NCBI RefSeq assembly: GCF_964355755.1
Contig: NC_092670.1
Location: forward strand, 35,452,388-35,516,387
DNA length: 64,000 bases
Source: Antedon mediterranea
Taxonomy: Eukaryota > Animalia > Echinodermata
Direction: 5' to 3'
Every line of letters starts with the position of its first letter. Position 1 is the stretch's first letter. The translations under genes were made by a program, and so were the position numbers. The notes under the pieces were generated by a model. The model searched no databases, was not told the DNA's origin, and saw only the letters and a list, made by a program, of their open reading frames with translations. Positions 39,895-52,622 of the stretch are shown here, piece after piece.

Positions 39895-42800
39895 ATGGCA
39901 TCAGAAACAAGAGGTGACATTCCACCGCCGACGATTGCAGTCACAAGTACTAGTAGTGTAACTATTAGTACGGTCGCCGAGAATGGAGCTGGTCCTGAAG
40001 CAGGCGGACCCCTACAAATTCCGGACAATTGCATGATAAGTATTGCCTTGATGTCTGATTTCATTAAACAACCACCTCATCCATTTCAAGTGAAAGGTGG
40101 TACTGGTAACGGACAGCAAATAATTACGACTGGCAGCGACATGGATAACCGTATAACACACGACCGAGACATAGTCAATGTTTGTGTTCGATTGCCAGAG
40201 AATGAATCAAAATTTGATAATAATATGGGCGGGTAAGTTTTATCTGATATATTCATTAAATTATTCGCAATTTCGTGAAATACTACACATTTAATTAATT
40301 ATCTAATGACACAAACGGAAAGACAAATGCGCAGGCTTTTGTACACGTGCGTCAAATACATGCTGCACCATCATGATATGCTATCTCAGACGTAGGCCTA
40401 CTAAAATTAATCAAAGAAGATGTTCAAATAAAAATGTATATAAAAAAACACGCCTGGTAGGTTCTGCATAATATAATACACGTATTGTACCTGCTGCTAA
40501 TGGTAATTATAAAGCAGATCTCTGACTTTATGACTTGATTGCCTTTAATAGCGGTATTATAAATAAAATAAATACGGGTTATTAAATAAACATAGTATAA
40601 TTCCACCTTATCCTCGTTTATATGTATATTATCATTTCGATTGCTCCATAAAACTAAATCATCAACACCGCTACTGTGTTTAAACCTTGTTCACGCACAT
40701 TGGCATCGACACAATTTCATTTCTGTTGCTGTATCAATAGTATAAGTTTATCACTCTCACAAAATCATATACGGAAGTGCTTTTTATTTAAGAAAAGCCT
40801 AATTATAAGAGCTCATCGATAGACTTGCAACATACTGTTTGTGTCATCAATGTTACCAGCGAGTGCATGTTGTATTCATAAAGCCACTCATCTTTTGTTC
40901 ACGGTGTAACATGTTATTAAAAAAAATGAGATATTATTAATCAACAATAGAAAATATTCTATATGATATACCATGGACATATCCGTGTATATACCAATTA
41001 ATCAACTATTGACATTTGATTGAGTAGGTATACAGCACCGTTACGTACACAGTCGTTCTGTTTTATACGATAAGGCAGCCAAATCCAAAAATTCACTCGG
41101 GTATATATCATGAGTCTACAAAACGATTTTAAATCTCAAATGTGGAGATCATTTTTGTGTTCTCGATATACACATTACTCTCCGATTATCGGTACTATAT
41201 ATAAATTTGTCCAGTAGGCCTATACTATAGGAAGGGTACCGTGATAAATTATGACATGTTTTTCACATGTATCGCCCGGATCATAGACACTAACATAAAC
41301 CTTATTTTCCATGATACAGACATCACGTGTTTTGTATTGGTTATTATCGTACGTGTTAATATAATTATTATTTTATGTATTTGTAATATTATGTGTGTAG
41401 AACATTTATTGAATATTGAATAAACGAATGAATAAATAGGAGATGCCGTATGACGGAATTAATCGACACTGGACATTAGCACTGGTAATCGAATGTATTA
41501 GCCCTATCCTTTTATAACTATAAGATGATTATTAAAGTATTTATTCTTTATATTACATTATACATTGTTTGTATAATTTTCTACGTTATATACTTGAAAT
41601 AGAATAATGAATTCAAATATTGATCTAAGAAGAGTGTATACAAATTATGCGGGCAATACCGTCTACCAATGTGAACTGTACTCTAGAGTAGAAGCAGCAC
41701 CCGCATTAAGTAATTACAATTAGGCATATAGGCCTAATAGCCGAATAAAAAAAAGTACAATAAAATAGATAGCCGTATTGCAGTACTGAATAAGCCTCGA
41801 GGAGGAGATACACAAGTAAACACAACCATTTATATTGCATTGAATATAGACGAAACGATTTAGCATGATGCAAAACATTTATATAAAATAGGAGTACAAT
41901 ACAAAATTAGTACATAAACATAAGGCCATAAAATGGAGGCATTAGTTCTGAGTCTTCCATGATCATACAAGGCTAACATGGCGTACGATACCGTATGCCT
42001 TATATCCCAGAAAGGTAGGCCTACGCGATGCTTATAAAGAAGAAAAGTCTTCCAATAAACATTTATAGATAACATTCAATATAGTGATTGAATTCAATAC
42101 AATCGTTAAAATAATAACAAAATCATTAAAATATGATTTTTTCATTAATTGATATAGAATTTTAAAGATATGGCGTGTGGGGATTGGTTTTAGTTTCGAA
42201 CGAATTCACCATGATGAACATTAAAGAGCTTTCAATATGCGGCGACTGACGACCAACCTAGGTCTAGTCAATCGATTGATCGTCGCCTGGACCTAGAAAC
42301 CATCAAATCTATGTGTCCGCACCAATGAATCAACATGACGAAGTTTGGTCATCGGTTGTCGTAAATCGAATTCACCATGATGAACATTAAAGAGCTTTCA
42401 ATATGCGGCGACTGACGACCAACCTAGGTCTAGTCAATCGATTGATCGTCGCCTGGACCTAGAAACCATCAAATCTATGTGTCGGCACCAATGAATCAAC
42501 ATGACGAAGTTTGGTCATCGGTTGTCGTAAATCGAATTCACCATGATGAACATTAAAGAGCTTTCAATATGCGGCGACCGACGACCAACCTAGGTCTAGT
42601 CAATCGATTGATCGTCGCCTGAACCTAGAAACCATCAAATATATGTGTCCGCACCAATGAACCAACATGACGAAGTTTAGTCATCGGTTGTCGTAAATCG
42701 AAACCTTCAAATAACCAGGATGTTGACGAAAAAATATTAATTGATCAAGTACTTTTATAGTGTTGCCACTCTACAATAGAATTATTCTCGTAATCACAAT

Positions 42801-45800
42801 AGTTGGGAATTAACGGTTAGGACACATAAATTGATACTACAATCATTGAACTATTTGTAAGGCTAAATTGGTTCCTAAAATATGTTCCTTCACTTGTAAG
42901 ACCGCCACGAATTTTTTATTGATGAAATGTAGGCCTACTTAATTTTACGGTAAGTACGACAATGCAACACATAAATTGATTCTACAGTATAATCATTAAA
43001 CTATTTGTAAGGCTAGGCTAAATTGCTTCCTAAAAAATGATAATTATGTTTATAATAGAGATGTACCGTAACTCCCACTGTCTAGATTATTGGTAGGGAA
43101 AGAATAATTTATTCATTATTCAGGAAATTAAGATACATGTTACGAAAACTCATTTATAAATTTTCTGTGAATTAAATCACTGCCAGCAATTCAGTCATTA
43201 CTTTTCTTGCAGTAGATCTTTAAGACGAATAATCTCATGATTAAATTGTGTTTATGATATGTCTAGAACGTGAATTATTCCTGTTATTGAGCGAGGCCAG
43301 AAAAAGGTAAATTAGGAAATTGAAAATTGCAATCATATTGTTCTATAATGCTTTTCGAAAAGGTAGTGTCCAAAGATTTTCAAACCGCGAGATTGGAATC
43401 ACTCGTGTTTTCTTAATCTGGCTGTATAATGGTTATTAGTTAACAAACATAGCATATATTCCTTCGCGACTTGTGTAGAAACACACCTGTATTGGGCCTA
43501 AAGTAGCAGAGGTCTACATATCTACCACGTAAGGCACCAATATAGTGCGGCATACTGTTGCCTCTATAATGGAGGCAACAGTTAATTTTGCCCGGTGGTA
43601 CATCCATGTAGGAACTTCATCTCTATCTACAATGGATGCAAAACATAGTTTACCCATATTAGGTATCCATGTAGGGACGTCATCCTCGTCTACATTGGAT
43701 GCAAAACGGAGTTTACCCCGATGGGATATCCATGCTGTAGGAACGCCATCTAGGCCTAGAATGGATGCAAAACGGAGTTTACCTGTACCCCGATGGGATA
43801 TCCATGCTGTAGGAACGCCATCTAGGCATAGAATGGATGCAAACCCACCATGTGATGAATGCAAGTACAGTCACGTCGCCATTTCCATCTACAGACTAAT
43901 GACGAACATGTTTACGTACCCCCATTTGGGATATTCTTGTAGGAACAACGTCATCTCTGTTCAAGACAGATGGGAAAATGAATAGATGCAAAAACCCATG
44001 TGATGAATCAAAGTACAATCACGTTACCCTTTGCATCTGCAGACGAATGACGAACAATGTAGGAACGTCATCTCTGTTTTAAGATGGATGGAAAAATGAT
44101 TTGATGCAACCCATTTGATGAATCTAAGTACAATCACGTCGCAATTTCCATCTACAGACGAATGACGAACATGTTTACCCACGTGGGAAATTCATGTAGA
44201 AACGTCATCTCTGTTCAAGACAGATGGAAAACGAATGGATGCAAAACCCACGTGAGGATCGAATACATAGGCCAGTAATCATGCCGCCATTTCCATCTAC
44301 AGACGAACGAATGACGAACAATGTAGGGACGTCATCTTTGTTCATGGAACAATGTACAGATACAGACGTCATCTCATTAACGACGGACTCTGATGGTGGG
44401 GTCAACGAAATTGAAAAGAGTAGGCTTATTTATTCTAGGCTTGATTCCTCAAAACGGGATCTTTAGACGTCGTTCGTGTTCCTCATTAAAGTGAAATTGA
44501 AAATTACCACTCAAAGCATGTTTCTACGGATCTGCGCCATTGACGAACGATGCAAAACATGTAATTAGGCCTAAACATTTGTGAGATATAAAGTTTAAAG
44601 TTTATGTGTAAGAGGAAGTTCAACAATTATTTACTGTTGGCTCGGAGTTACAGAAGTTTTGACAGGACGGAACGACCACAGCCGACCTGGAGGCAGCGGG
44701 GCACGTACTGCCGTACCACATTTTAAACACTTTAAATCAGATTCAGTGATTCGCGCGCCGGCGTTACAAAATAACAATGTACACCAATATTAGTGTTAGA
44801 TAATAACGATAGAATTTAATACCTGAATAACTTCAAACTCGTTGCACTAACTAGGCCGCAGTAGAAAACTTCACCACAGACATGTCAAAAGATGTTGAAA
44901 GAGAAACACGAAGGCCGCGTCACATGGTCTGAAAGCTTGCGCCCTCAAGTGGATTTTATTTATTCACAATTCATTTTAATATCATATTTTTAACCAAGAA
45001 AAACCCCAATAAAAACAGGTCAGGAAATTCAAAAACCGACCTAGGCCACTATGACAGAATGAGTCAGTAATACCTTTATATGATATAAACATTGGGTACA
45101 ATAATTATTATGAAAAGCACTATTTACAATAAAATCAAATTACAGTACTGGACCTACAAATTTAAGATTTCAGGATAAAAGACAGTATACAAATTTGTAT
45201 TGATTAAAAATCTATATATTATAATATATTCGTTAATAAAAGGCCGTGTGTCAATTATTAACAATAATATTAACCTACAATAATTTATCTTAAATTTCGG
45301 ATTTCTGAAATAATATTATATAATATATTCTTTGATAAGTTTGCAGGTACATCTAATTTGCCTACGGTTTTTTTTATATAATATAAGACATAATAACTAT
45401 AGTCGTTAATATTTTTTTTTAATATCGGATGCTCTTTATCATTTATGATAATTGAATGATTGAATTTGCATTAGCATATGTTTATAATAATATTATTTTT
45501 TACGATGAAAGAGTCCGTCGGATACTTTTCCAGTTGCGTCAATTGATTTACAAATGACGGAATATTATATAAAGTTTATCTTGATAAAAAAAATGTCCTC
45601 GTGTCCAAAAGGATTTTTAAAACACTAGATGTGTGCACAGTCTGCTCACCGCTTTACCTGAACAATTACCGCTTTACCTGAACAATTACCCCTTTAAAAA
45701 GCACAGCCAATGACGATCCCATCCCCTTCTCCAGGCCCTACCCCTTTTCTCCAGGGCCATCCTATTTTCTTCAGGGCCTTCCCCTCTTTTTTTCTCCAAA

Positions 45801-48800
45801 GCCTACCCCTTTAATCCAGGGCCTAACCATTTTCTTTAGGGCCTACCACTTTTCTCCAGGGTCTACCACTTTTCTCCAGGGTCTACCACTTTTCTCCAGG
45901 GTCTACCACTTTTCTACAGGGCCATCCCCTTCTACAGGGCCATCCTATTTTCTTCAGGGCCTACCCCTTTAATCCAGTGCCTGTCCATTTTCTCCAAGGA
46001 TTACTCCCTTTCTCCAGAGCGTACCTCTTTTCTCAAGGAAGGCCTACCCCTTTTCTCCAGGGCCACCCCTTTTCTAAAGGCCAACCCCTTTTCTCCAGGG
46101 CCACCCATTTTTTCCAGAGACACCCATTTTCTCCAGGGACACCCCTTTTCTCTAGGGCCTACCCCTTTTCTCCAGAGCCTATCCCTTTCCTCCAGGGCCT
46201 ACACCTTTTCTCCAGGGCCACCCTTTTTCTCCAGGGCCACCTCTTTCTTCCAGGGCCTACACCTTTTCTCCAGAGCCTACCCGGTCCTTTCCTCCAGGGC
46301 CTACACCTTTTCTCCAGGGCCACCCTTTTTCTCCAAGGCCTACCCCTTTAGCGAAGTACTGAGAAGTCCAGTCTGTAATAACTAGATCACGCGCAGCGAG
46401 TCATCACACTATTTATTTTTTTTATCAGTGTATAACTAATCACCTAATGTGTGGTTGTATAAAGAAAACCTACGTTCCTTAATCCGTTATGAGTCAGAAA
46501 AATTAGATTTTTGTGCATAATATAACAGTCGGCTTATATTGTGGTTTAGCATGAAGGATAAATTTTATGAATTTGTAATTATTAAATGGCTAAATATTGA
46601 ATATAATAATTGTTATTAAATGTCAGTGAAACTAAGTTTGCGCATGTGCAGCCAAAATTTTGGCAACGATGTGTATGAGATATAATAATAAGATAAGAAA
46701 GTTAGTTAACCAATCACAAAAAGACAGATGATCGACTGGGTCGTGATAAAATCACTTGCGTAAAGCTCTGTCTACACTATCAAACTTGTTTGATAAATAT
46801 GGTAGTGCTATGACGTCATCATGTCCATATTATGCGCACATCACATTTGTTGTGTAGACAACATTTTTAGGCTTGCGTCCTTGCGTTGCGTGTCCATTCA
46901 AGTGAGTAAATATTACCCTACAATGGTATATTATGCTTGAACTTGTGCGCACGCCTATGGAAAAGAGGCTAACCTCCTCATAACCTATCTGTATATTGCT
47001 TTTTTATAAAAGATTATTATTGGTTCTTGGCATTCAAAATAGTAAATACAGTGCTTTTGGGACACTTTGCATTTTTTTTATTCTTTATTTTTCTTTATTT
47101 AGTCCAATATAAAAAATACATCAGAAATTCCTCTTTTATACACTGCAGAGATAGTAACAAATACACATACAAAATACAAATCAATATAAAATCACATATA
47201 AAATATTAACATGTCTACGATCCAGATGTTCTCTCTCCATGAGTTAGCGTTGGATGGACAAATTTGTTACAGTGGTGACAATAGACTGTGGGACAAATGA
47301 TTTATTATAGCGTTTAGTACGGCTTCGAGGCAGACGGATACGAATATTAGATGGAAGAAAAGTGTATTCCTTATGGAGGAGTGGTCTGTTTGGGAGAGTA
47401 TACGTTTTACCAAGGAGAGAACACCTGCATCATAGTTGAAATTAAGTAGTACGGATACATCAACTTCAATAACTCACCCGGCCCTTCTGGTAATTTTATT
47501 TATTAATTCTTTATCTTAATAATGGTTCTTTCAGGTTCTTCCATATTACAACGGAGTCGGACCTTGAGGCTATTTCTCGTACATTGTCAAACAGACCAAT
47601 TTTGCTAGACGTTCGATTGAGGCAGAAAACCAAATACAACACAAGTACAGTAGTAATTATACATGGTACGTACAGCCAACAGTAATGTACACATTTCAAA
47701 CAATGCATTATAATTTATTGATTTTTTTCTACATAATTATCATTCGTCTATTTTGACGCTATTAAAAATGTTAATTTCATATAGTTGAACCATGAGGTAA
47801 TAATCTGACGTACTAATCGCTTCGTTCCCATTGTTACGTTGCGTGTGAACTAGCGCGGGTATTGACGCAGCGCGGATAGACGCACTCACAGTGGGAACGT
47901 AAAAACAAAAGTGGTTTTTCTGATTGAGGTTCCTTATAACGACATGTTAGATGAATATGAATACAGGAGGTGTATATTTAAAATGGTTTTTTTTTTAAGT
48001 TTGACTGTTCCATGCATCTCGGTTCCTCATTATTCAATCCTTCAACTCGTGATAGTCTCTCCATTAAACTCATGACATTTCATTAAATGCAGTTTGTGTT
48101 TACATTTTTAGATGATTTTGCTGTGTATATCAACACACAGCACGAACGAATTAAGCAGCAGCTAGATAGTGCCTTCGAAGAGGCCAAGTCATGCGCCAAA
48201 ATCGGACGAAAGTTTGTCTTGACGGTTAGTAGGCTATACAATGTATTATGATAAAAAGCATTTCATGTCGGAGTTAAAAATACGTGTTTATTCCGTTTCC
48301 TGATGAAGAGGAGTGAATCTATCTATGATTAATTATTACTAATAACAGAATGGTGATAATGATTTACACTGGCAAACTCTTTTTTTTCCCGAAAGTTTTC
48401 CTACCCTAGAAAAACACAATTTAAGAGCAGAATAAGCATTTTTTTGTTGTTCACCATCACCTTTATTCATTCATTGTCTTATGAATAATAATGAATGCAT
48501 AATTCCTATATACAGACAAAAAGCTTAATGCACGTTCCTTTCAGCTTTTGTACTGTTCCTTACGAAACTTTTTATTTATTGTGAAAAATACCATTAAACT
48601 CATAAACATTCAAATGTTATACCGTACATTAACACTTTTTGTTTTATTTGAATAGCTTGATTTTGGTCCGCTTCTGAAAGAGTGGCTGAATGCCTTTTTA
48701 GAGGAACAAGGTATGCAAGAGTACGAATGGTACACAAAGATGGAATCCAAAAATGGAAGATTAGTGATAACAAACCATTACGAATTACCCGAACATTGTA

Positions 48801-49298
48801 CTGGGTCACGTGACAACTGTTTATCGTGGTTGCTGTGTTTTCCATGTTGTTTCATGACATGCCCATGTTATAATGTACGTTTAGTTGAAGTTAATACTTA
48901 TACATTTTGATTCTTGATCGGATGATCGTACGTGCATAAACTAGGCCTGACGAACAAGAGTCATGGTCAATTTTCCAATAATGATAATCTACATGCGTCA
49001 ATTTTCCATTATAAGTAATTATGTTGGCAGACTACCTAAACTAATTATTATTATAATAACATATCGGTGTCTTTTTTTTTAGATATATCGTGCATTTGCA
49101 TGTTACGACAGGAAGATACGCCTTCGTGCTCAGGTATCGTTAATGCATAAAGAGGGCGCTAAATTGGCAGACACCAAATCCGAACTACTTTCGTTAATCC
49201 ATCGCGACTCGGCGAGATTTGGAGCCTCCTGGAGAAGGAGTTATCATCGACTCCGGCGCATGCTCAGTAACTTTTCAAAGGGAAAGTTCTTACAGTAA
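39895..49298 (+). CDS. Gene D: uncharacterised ~338-aa protein with a Cys-rich hydrophobic segment
   Basis: Exons 39895-40232, 47535-47665, 48112-48224, 48656-48874, 49083-49298 (TAA); total 1017 nt, phases 2,1,0,0 consistent. Contains NCLSWLLCFPCCFMTCPCYNIYRAFAC. The link across the 7.3-kb first intron rests on phase only. Confidence 0.7.
42201..42705. repeat. Three near-identical 166-bp tandem units containing a MITE-like sequence
   Basis: CGAATTCACCATGATGAACATTAAAGAGCTTTCAATATGCGGCGAC... starts at 42201, 42367 and 42533. Confidence 0.92.
43560..44400. repeat. Degenerate complex tandem repeat
   Basis: Recurring ATGTAGGAACGTCATCT..ATGGATGCAAAAC units and a longer unit containing CCATCTACAGACGAATGACGAACA. 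Confidence 0.75.
45715..46350. repeat. Pyrimidine-rich ~20-bp degenerate minisatellite
   Basis: CTTTTCTCCAGGGCCTACCC variants in tandem. Confidence 0.92.
47075..47480 (-). mobile_element. Rex1/Babar-like LINE 3' fragment
   Basis: Minus strand reads LHKEYTFLPSNIRIRLPRSRTKRYNKSFVPQSI (cf. HPLHxxFxxLPSGRRxRxxxxRTxRxxxSFxPxxI); A-rich tail at ~47075-47100. Confidence 0.6.
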
Positions 49299-49476
49299 AA
49301 TGTGTGTAATAATTGTAAACATGTTTACAGATTTTATTTTCATAAAACAAATATCGTGTTGAATATTTCCGGCGCATGTTCAGTAACTTTTCAAAGGGAA
49401 ATTTCTTTGAGTAAAATGTGTGTAATATGTTTACAGATTTTATTTTCATAAAAAAACTAATATCGTGCTGAATATT
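49253..49476 (+). repeat. ~116-bp tandem duplication spanning the gene D stop codon
   Basis: CCGGCGCATG.TCAGTAACTTTTCAAAGGGAAA... at 49253 and 49369. Confidence 0.85.
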
Positions 49477-50671
49477 AAAAATGGAAATTTATGACAGTAA
49501 TAATGTGATTTTATTTTTAAGATTATTTAAACATAACTATTATTCCTATGAATGTTTGAATTATTGTTTATAATATGCTTATGCACAAAATTATATGTTA
49601 GTGGTTTTTTTTTCTCTTTTGTGAGGGCAACCCACTTTTATTGCAATGATAAACAATATATTATTAATTATAAATTATATGTTAGTGTTATGGACTTTTC
49701 TTCTGTAATTGTTGAAGACCTAATTTCTAGGGTTCATTAAATTAACAATAGGAAAAGACAGGTTGATTTCGCCATGCAAAACTTCGCCTTCTTGAAATTA
49801 AATATTTAATATATTATAATAACGGTAAGCACGACGCACTAGTTACTTTCAACTGAAAGATATTATTTTAACGCTGTTTAATTTACCAAATTAATTTAAA
49901 TTATTTATCATAATTTATTAACGTGTTTTTCCGTTCTTCTTTGCTGTTATTGAATCATTGTTGTCTTCCATCCTATTAAACGTTACGTAGTGTGTTTGAG
50001 TTAGGCATAATGGTAGTTTGACGCCATTATACGGAAATAGGCGTTTACAGGGAAGGAAAACAGGAAATGGGGGATGGTTTTCTTCAACCTACATTTTCTC
50101 ACCGTGATTATCCACTTTGTATATTATATATAAATATATATAACAATACCACATTAACGGTTCTTTTTTATATGACATTCAACACAATTCATGCACCCTA
50201 TGGTAGTGACGTTTCACCTTGATGTAAGTTTGTATAATAGTATCATAAGCAGGAGGTACTAGGTAAAAAGCCTTAAACACTTGTACAACAAGGTATACCC
50301 GTGGCACTTTTAAAACGAGTATATCTTTTGTTATGATTAAGGTTTTCAACAGTACATGAGAGATATATTTTGGTGACGGTATGTAAATATTCGTTGATAA
50401 ATAATATTTAAAGTTTTATATATTGTAAACATTGTATTGGTGGTCTTAAATATGACATATTGAAATAAAGATATAGTATGGTTTTGTATGTTTAATTTAT
50501 TTCTATTTATCTAAATGGTGTCGCTCATAGCACCTGCCAAATGATAGAGGGCGTACTGAGTTAATAACCATTGCTCAAAATCAGACATTAAACTTGACAC
50601 TCGATAGATACGTTTTTATACACACATACACAAGCCGCACCCGTGATCATGGCACGAAATACAGACATTAA

Positions 50672-51001
50672 AGATGTATTGTCCCCCTGAAAAAAAAATT
50701 ATTTAACATTTTTCTGTTGAATATTCCATTTTAATTTCACTTAATAATTATCCACTTTGACCAAAAATTAGATCGAAAAAAAAAATGATTTACCTGAAAA
50801 AACTATAATTTAAAGCAAAAAATGGCCTATGGATTTTTGGTTGAATTTAACCATTTATTTTGTCATTTAAAAAGGGAAAACACATTTTTTTTTCTTTTTT
50901 CCTACGGAAGTGATTATACTTCATTAAAACTACAAAACAACCTATCCAAAGTCTGATTTAATTAATATTTATTTTTCATGTTTTTGGGGGACAATACATC
51001 T
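50672..51001. mobile_element. Kolobok-like non-autonomous DNA transposon, best-preserved copy
   Basis: TTAA|AGATGTATTGTCCCCC ... GGGGGACAATACATCT|TTAA: 16-bp perfect TIR, TTAA duplication, AG..CT termini. Confidence 0.85.
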
Positions 51002-51004
51002 TTA

Positions 51005-51740
51005 AAAGGCAGACTATGAACAACCCAACACAGACAGAAATTTCAGACTATGAACACGCAACGCAGATACTTAAGGGCACACTATGGACACCCAACACAG
51101 ACAGTAAAAGGCAGACAATAAACAACTCAACACAGACAGAAATGTCAGACTATGAACACGCAACGCAGATACTTAAGGGCACACTATGGACACCCAACAC
51201 AGACAGTAAAAGGCAGACTATAAACAACTCAACACAGACAGAAATATCAGACTATGAACACGCAACGCAGAGATACTAAAGGGCACACTATGGACACCCA
51301 ACAAAGACAGTAAAAGGCAGACAATAAACAACTCAACACAGACAGAAATGTCAGACTATGAACACGCAACGCAGATACTAAAGGGCACACTATGGACACC
51401 CAACAAAGACAGTAAAAGGCAGACAATAAACAACTCAACACAGACAGAAATATCAGACTATGAACACGCAACGCAGATACTAAAGGGCACACTATGGACA
51501 CCCAACAAAGACAGTAAAAGGCAGACAATAAACAACTCAACACAGACAGAAATGTCAGACTATGAACACGCAACGCAGATACTAAAGGGCACACTATGGA
51601 CACCAAACACACACAGTAAAAGGCAGACTATAAACAACTCAACACAGACACTAAAAAAGAGACATGACACTTCATCCACACTAAAAGGCAGACTACCCGA
51701 CACCCAACATAGACATTAAGCGGCATGCCATGGACACCTC
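51005..51740. repeat. 102-bp higher-order satellite (3 x ~34-bp subunits), ~6.5 copies
   Basis: AAAGGCAGAC recurs at 51005, 51107, ...; subunits share AGACTATG.ACAC.CAAC.CAGA.A. Confidence 0.93.
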
Positions 51741-52622
51741 ATTATAGACACACAGTACATATATGTTCATATTTAAAGGTTTGATCGATTTCCTCTTTAA
51801 ACAATATCCATTATGCAAGTTCCTGATAATTATTTTTTTCAATCAAACTGTAAAGGCTTCCTTCCACGTTCAATATAATAATGCAATTACAATATCTAAT
51901 TAGTTTTCTAATTTCTTTATTAAAAATTCCAAGAAAGGTAAACAATGGTAAAAAGCAATATAGTTATAATTATATCACTAAGGAAGGAAAAAAAATCAAA
52001 TTAAACCAACAAAAAAATTAATAACACAGCTTATAAAGGCTTGAAATATAAAAAGTGTTTGAAAGAAAAATAATCATAAAAAGCCTTTTAAAAAGCAAGT
52101 ACGACAGTGAGTGACACAAAAAAAAAATGCGATTTGGCAAAGATATTATTAAGGTTTTCAATAATTTCCATTAAATATTTTGTTGAAGTCATGTCTAACA
52201 GAGTTACGGCCAAGCCCCGTTATTACAAGTTTGTCACAAATAACTTACGCCCTTATAACAGTATAGTAATAAAAATCAAATCATTCAGCCAAACAGCCAA
52301 ATGGCTGAGGCATTGGTTAAGGCAGAACCGTACCTAAAGAGCCAACAACATCGGAATGAGTTCGAGACCGCCCCACTGCTAGTTTTGGTGGTGGCTCCTG
52401 GTCTTCTCGGACAGTGATTAATTTAGTATTGGTAATCCTTGCCCTCTATGTAGACATAAAATAAAAGTAAAAAATAACGGTTCTGTGTCAGAGGGCATAA
52501 CCAGTAAAACATGTTGGAGAACGTTATAGCAGAAGACAAGAAACTACCTGAACTGTTTATTGGCACTAGACATGATACCGTACAAGAAACTCATTCTGAT
52601 TTTTCAGAGATGGCATTATCTT

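Noticed and set aside
43514-44466. ORFs of 80-146 aa in gene D intron 1
   Set aside because: They overlap a degenerate tandem repeat on both strands, and no phase-compatible exons were found.
45977-46351. 124-aa Pro/Phe-rich ORF
   Set aside because: It is a translation of the ~20-bp minisatellite.
51016-51719. 34-aa repeat ORFs on both strands
   Set aside because: They derive from the 102-bp satellite, are broken by a 2-bp indel near 51270, and show no splice context.
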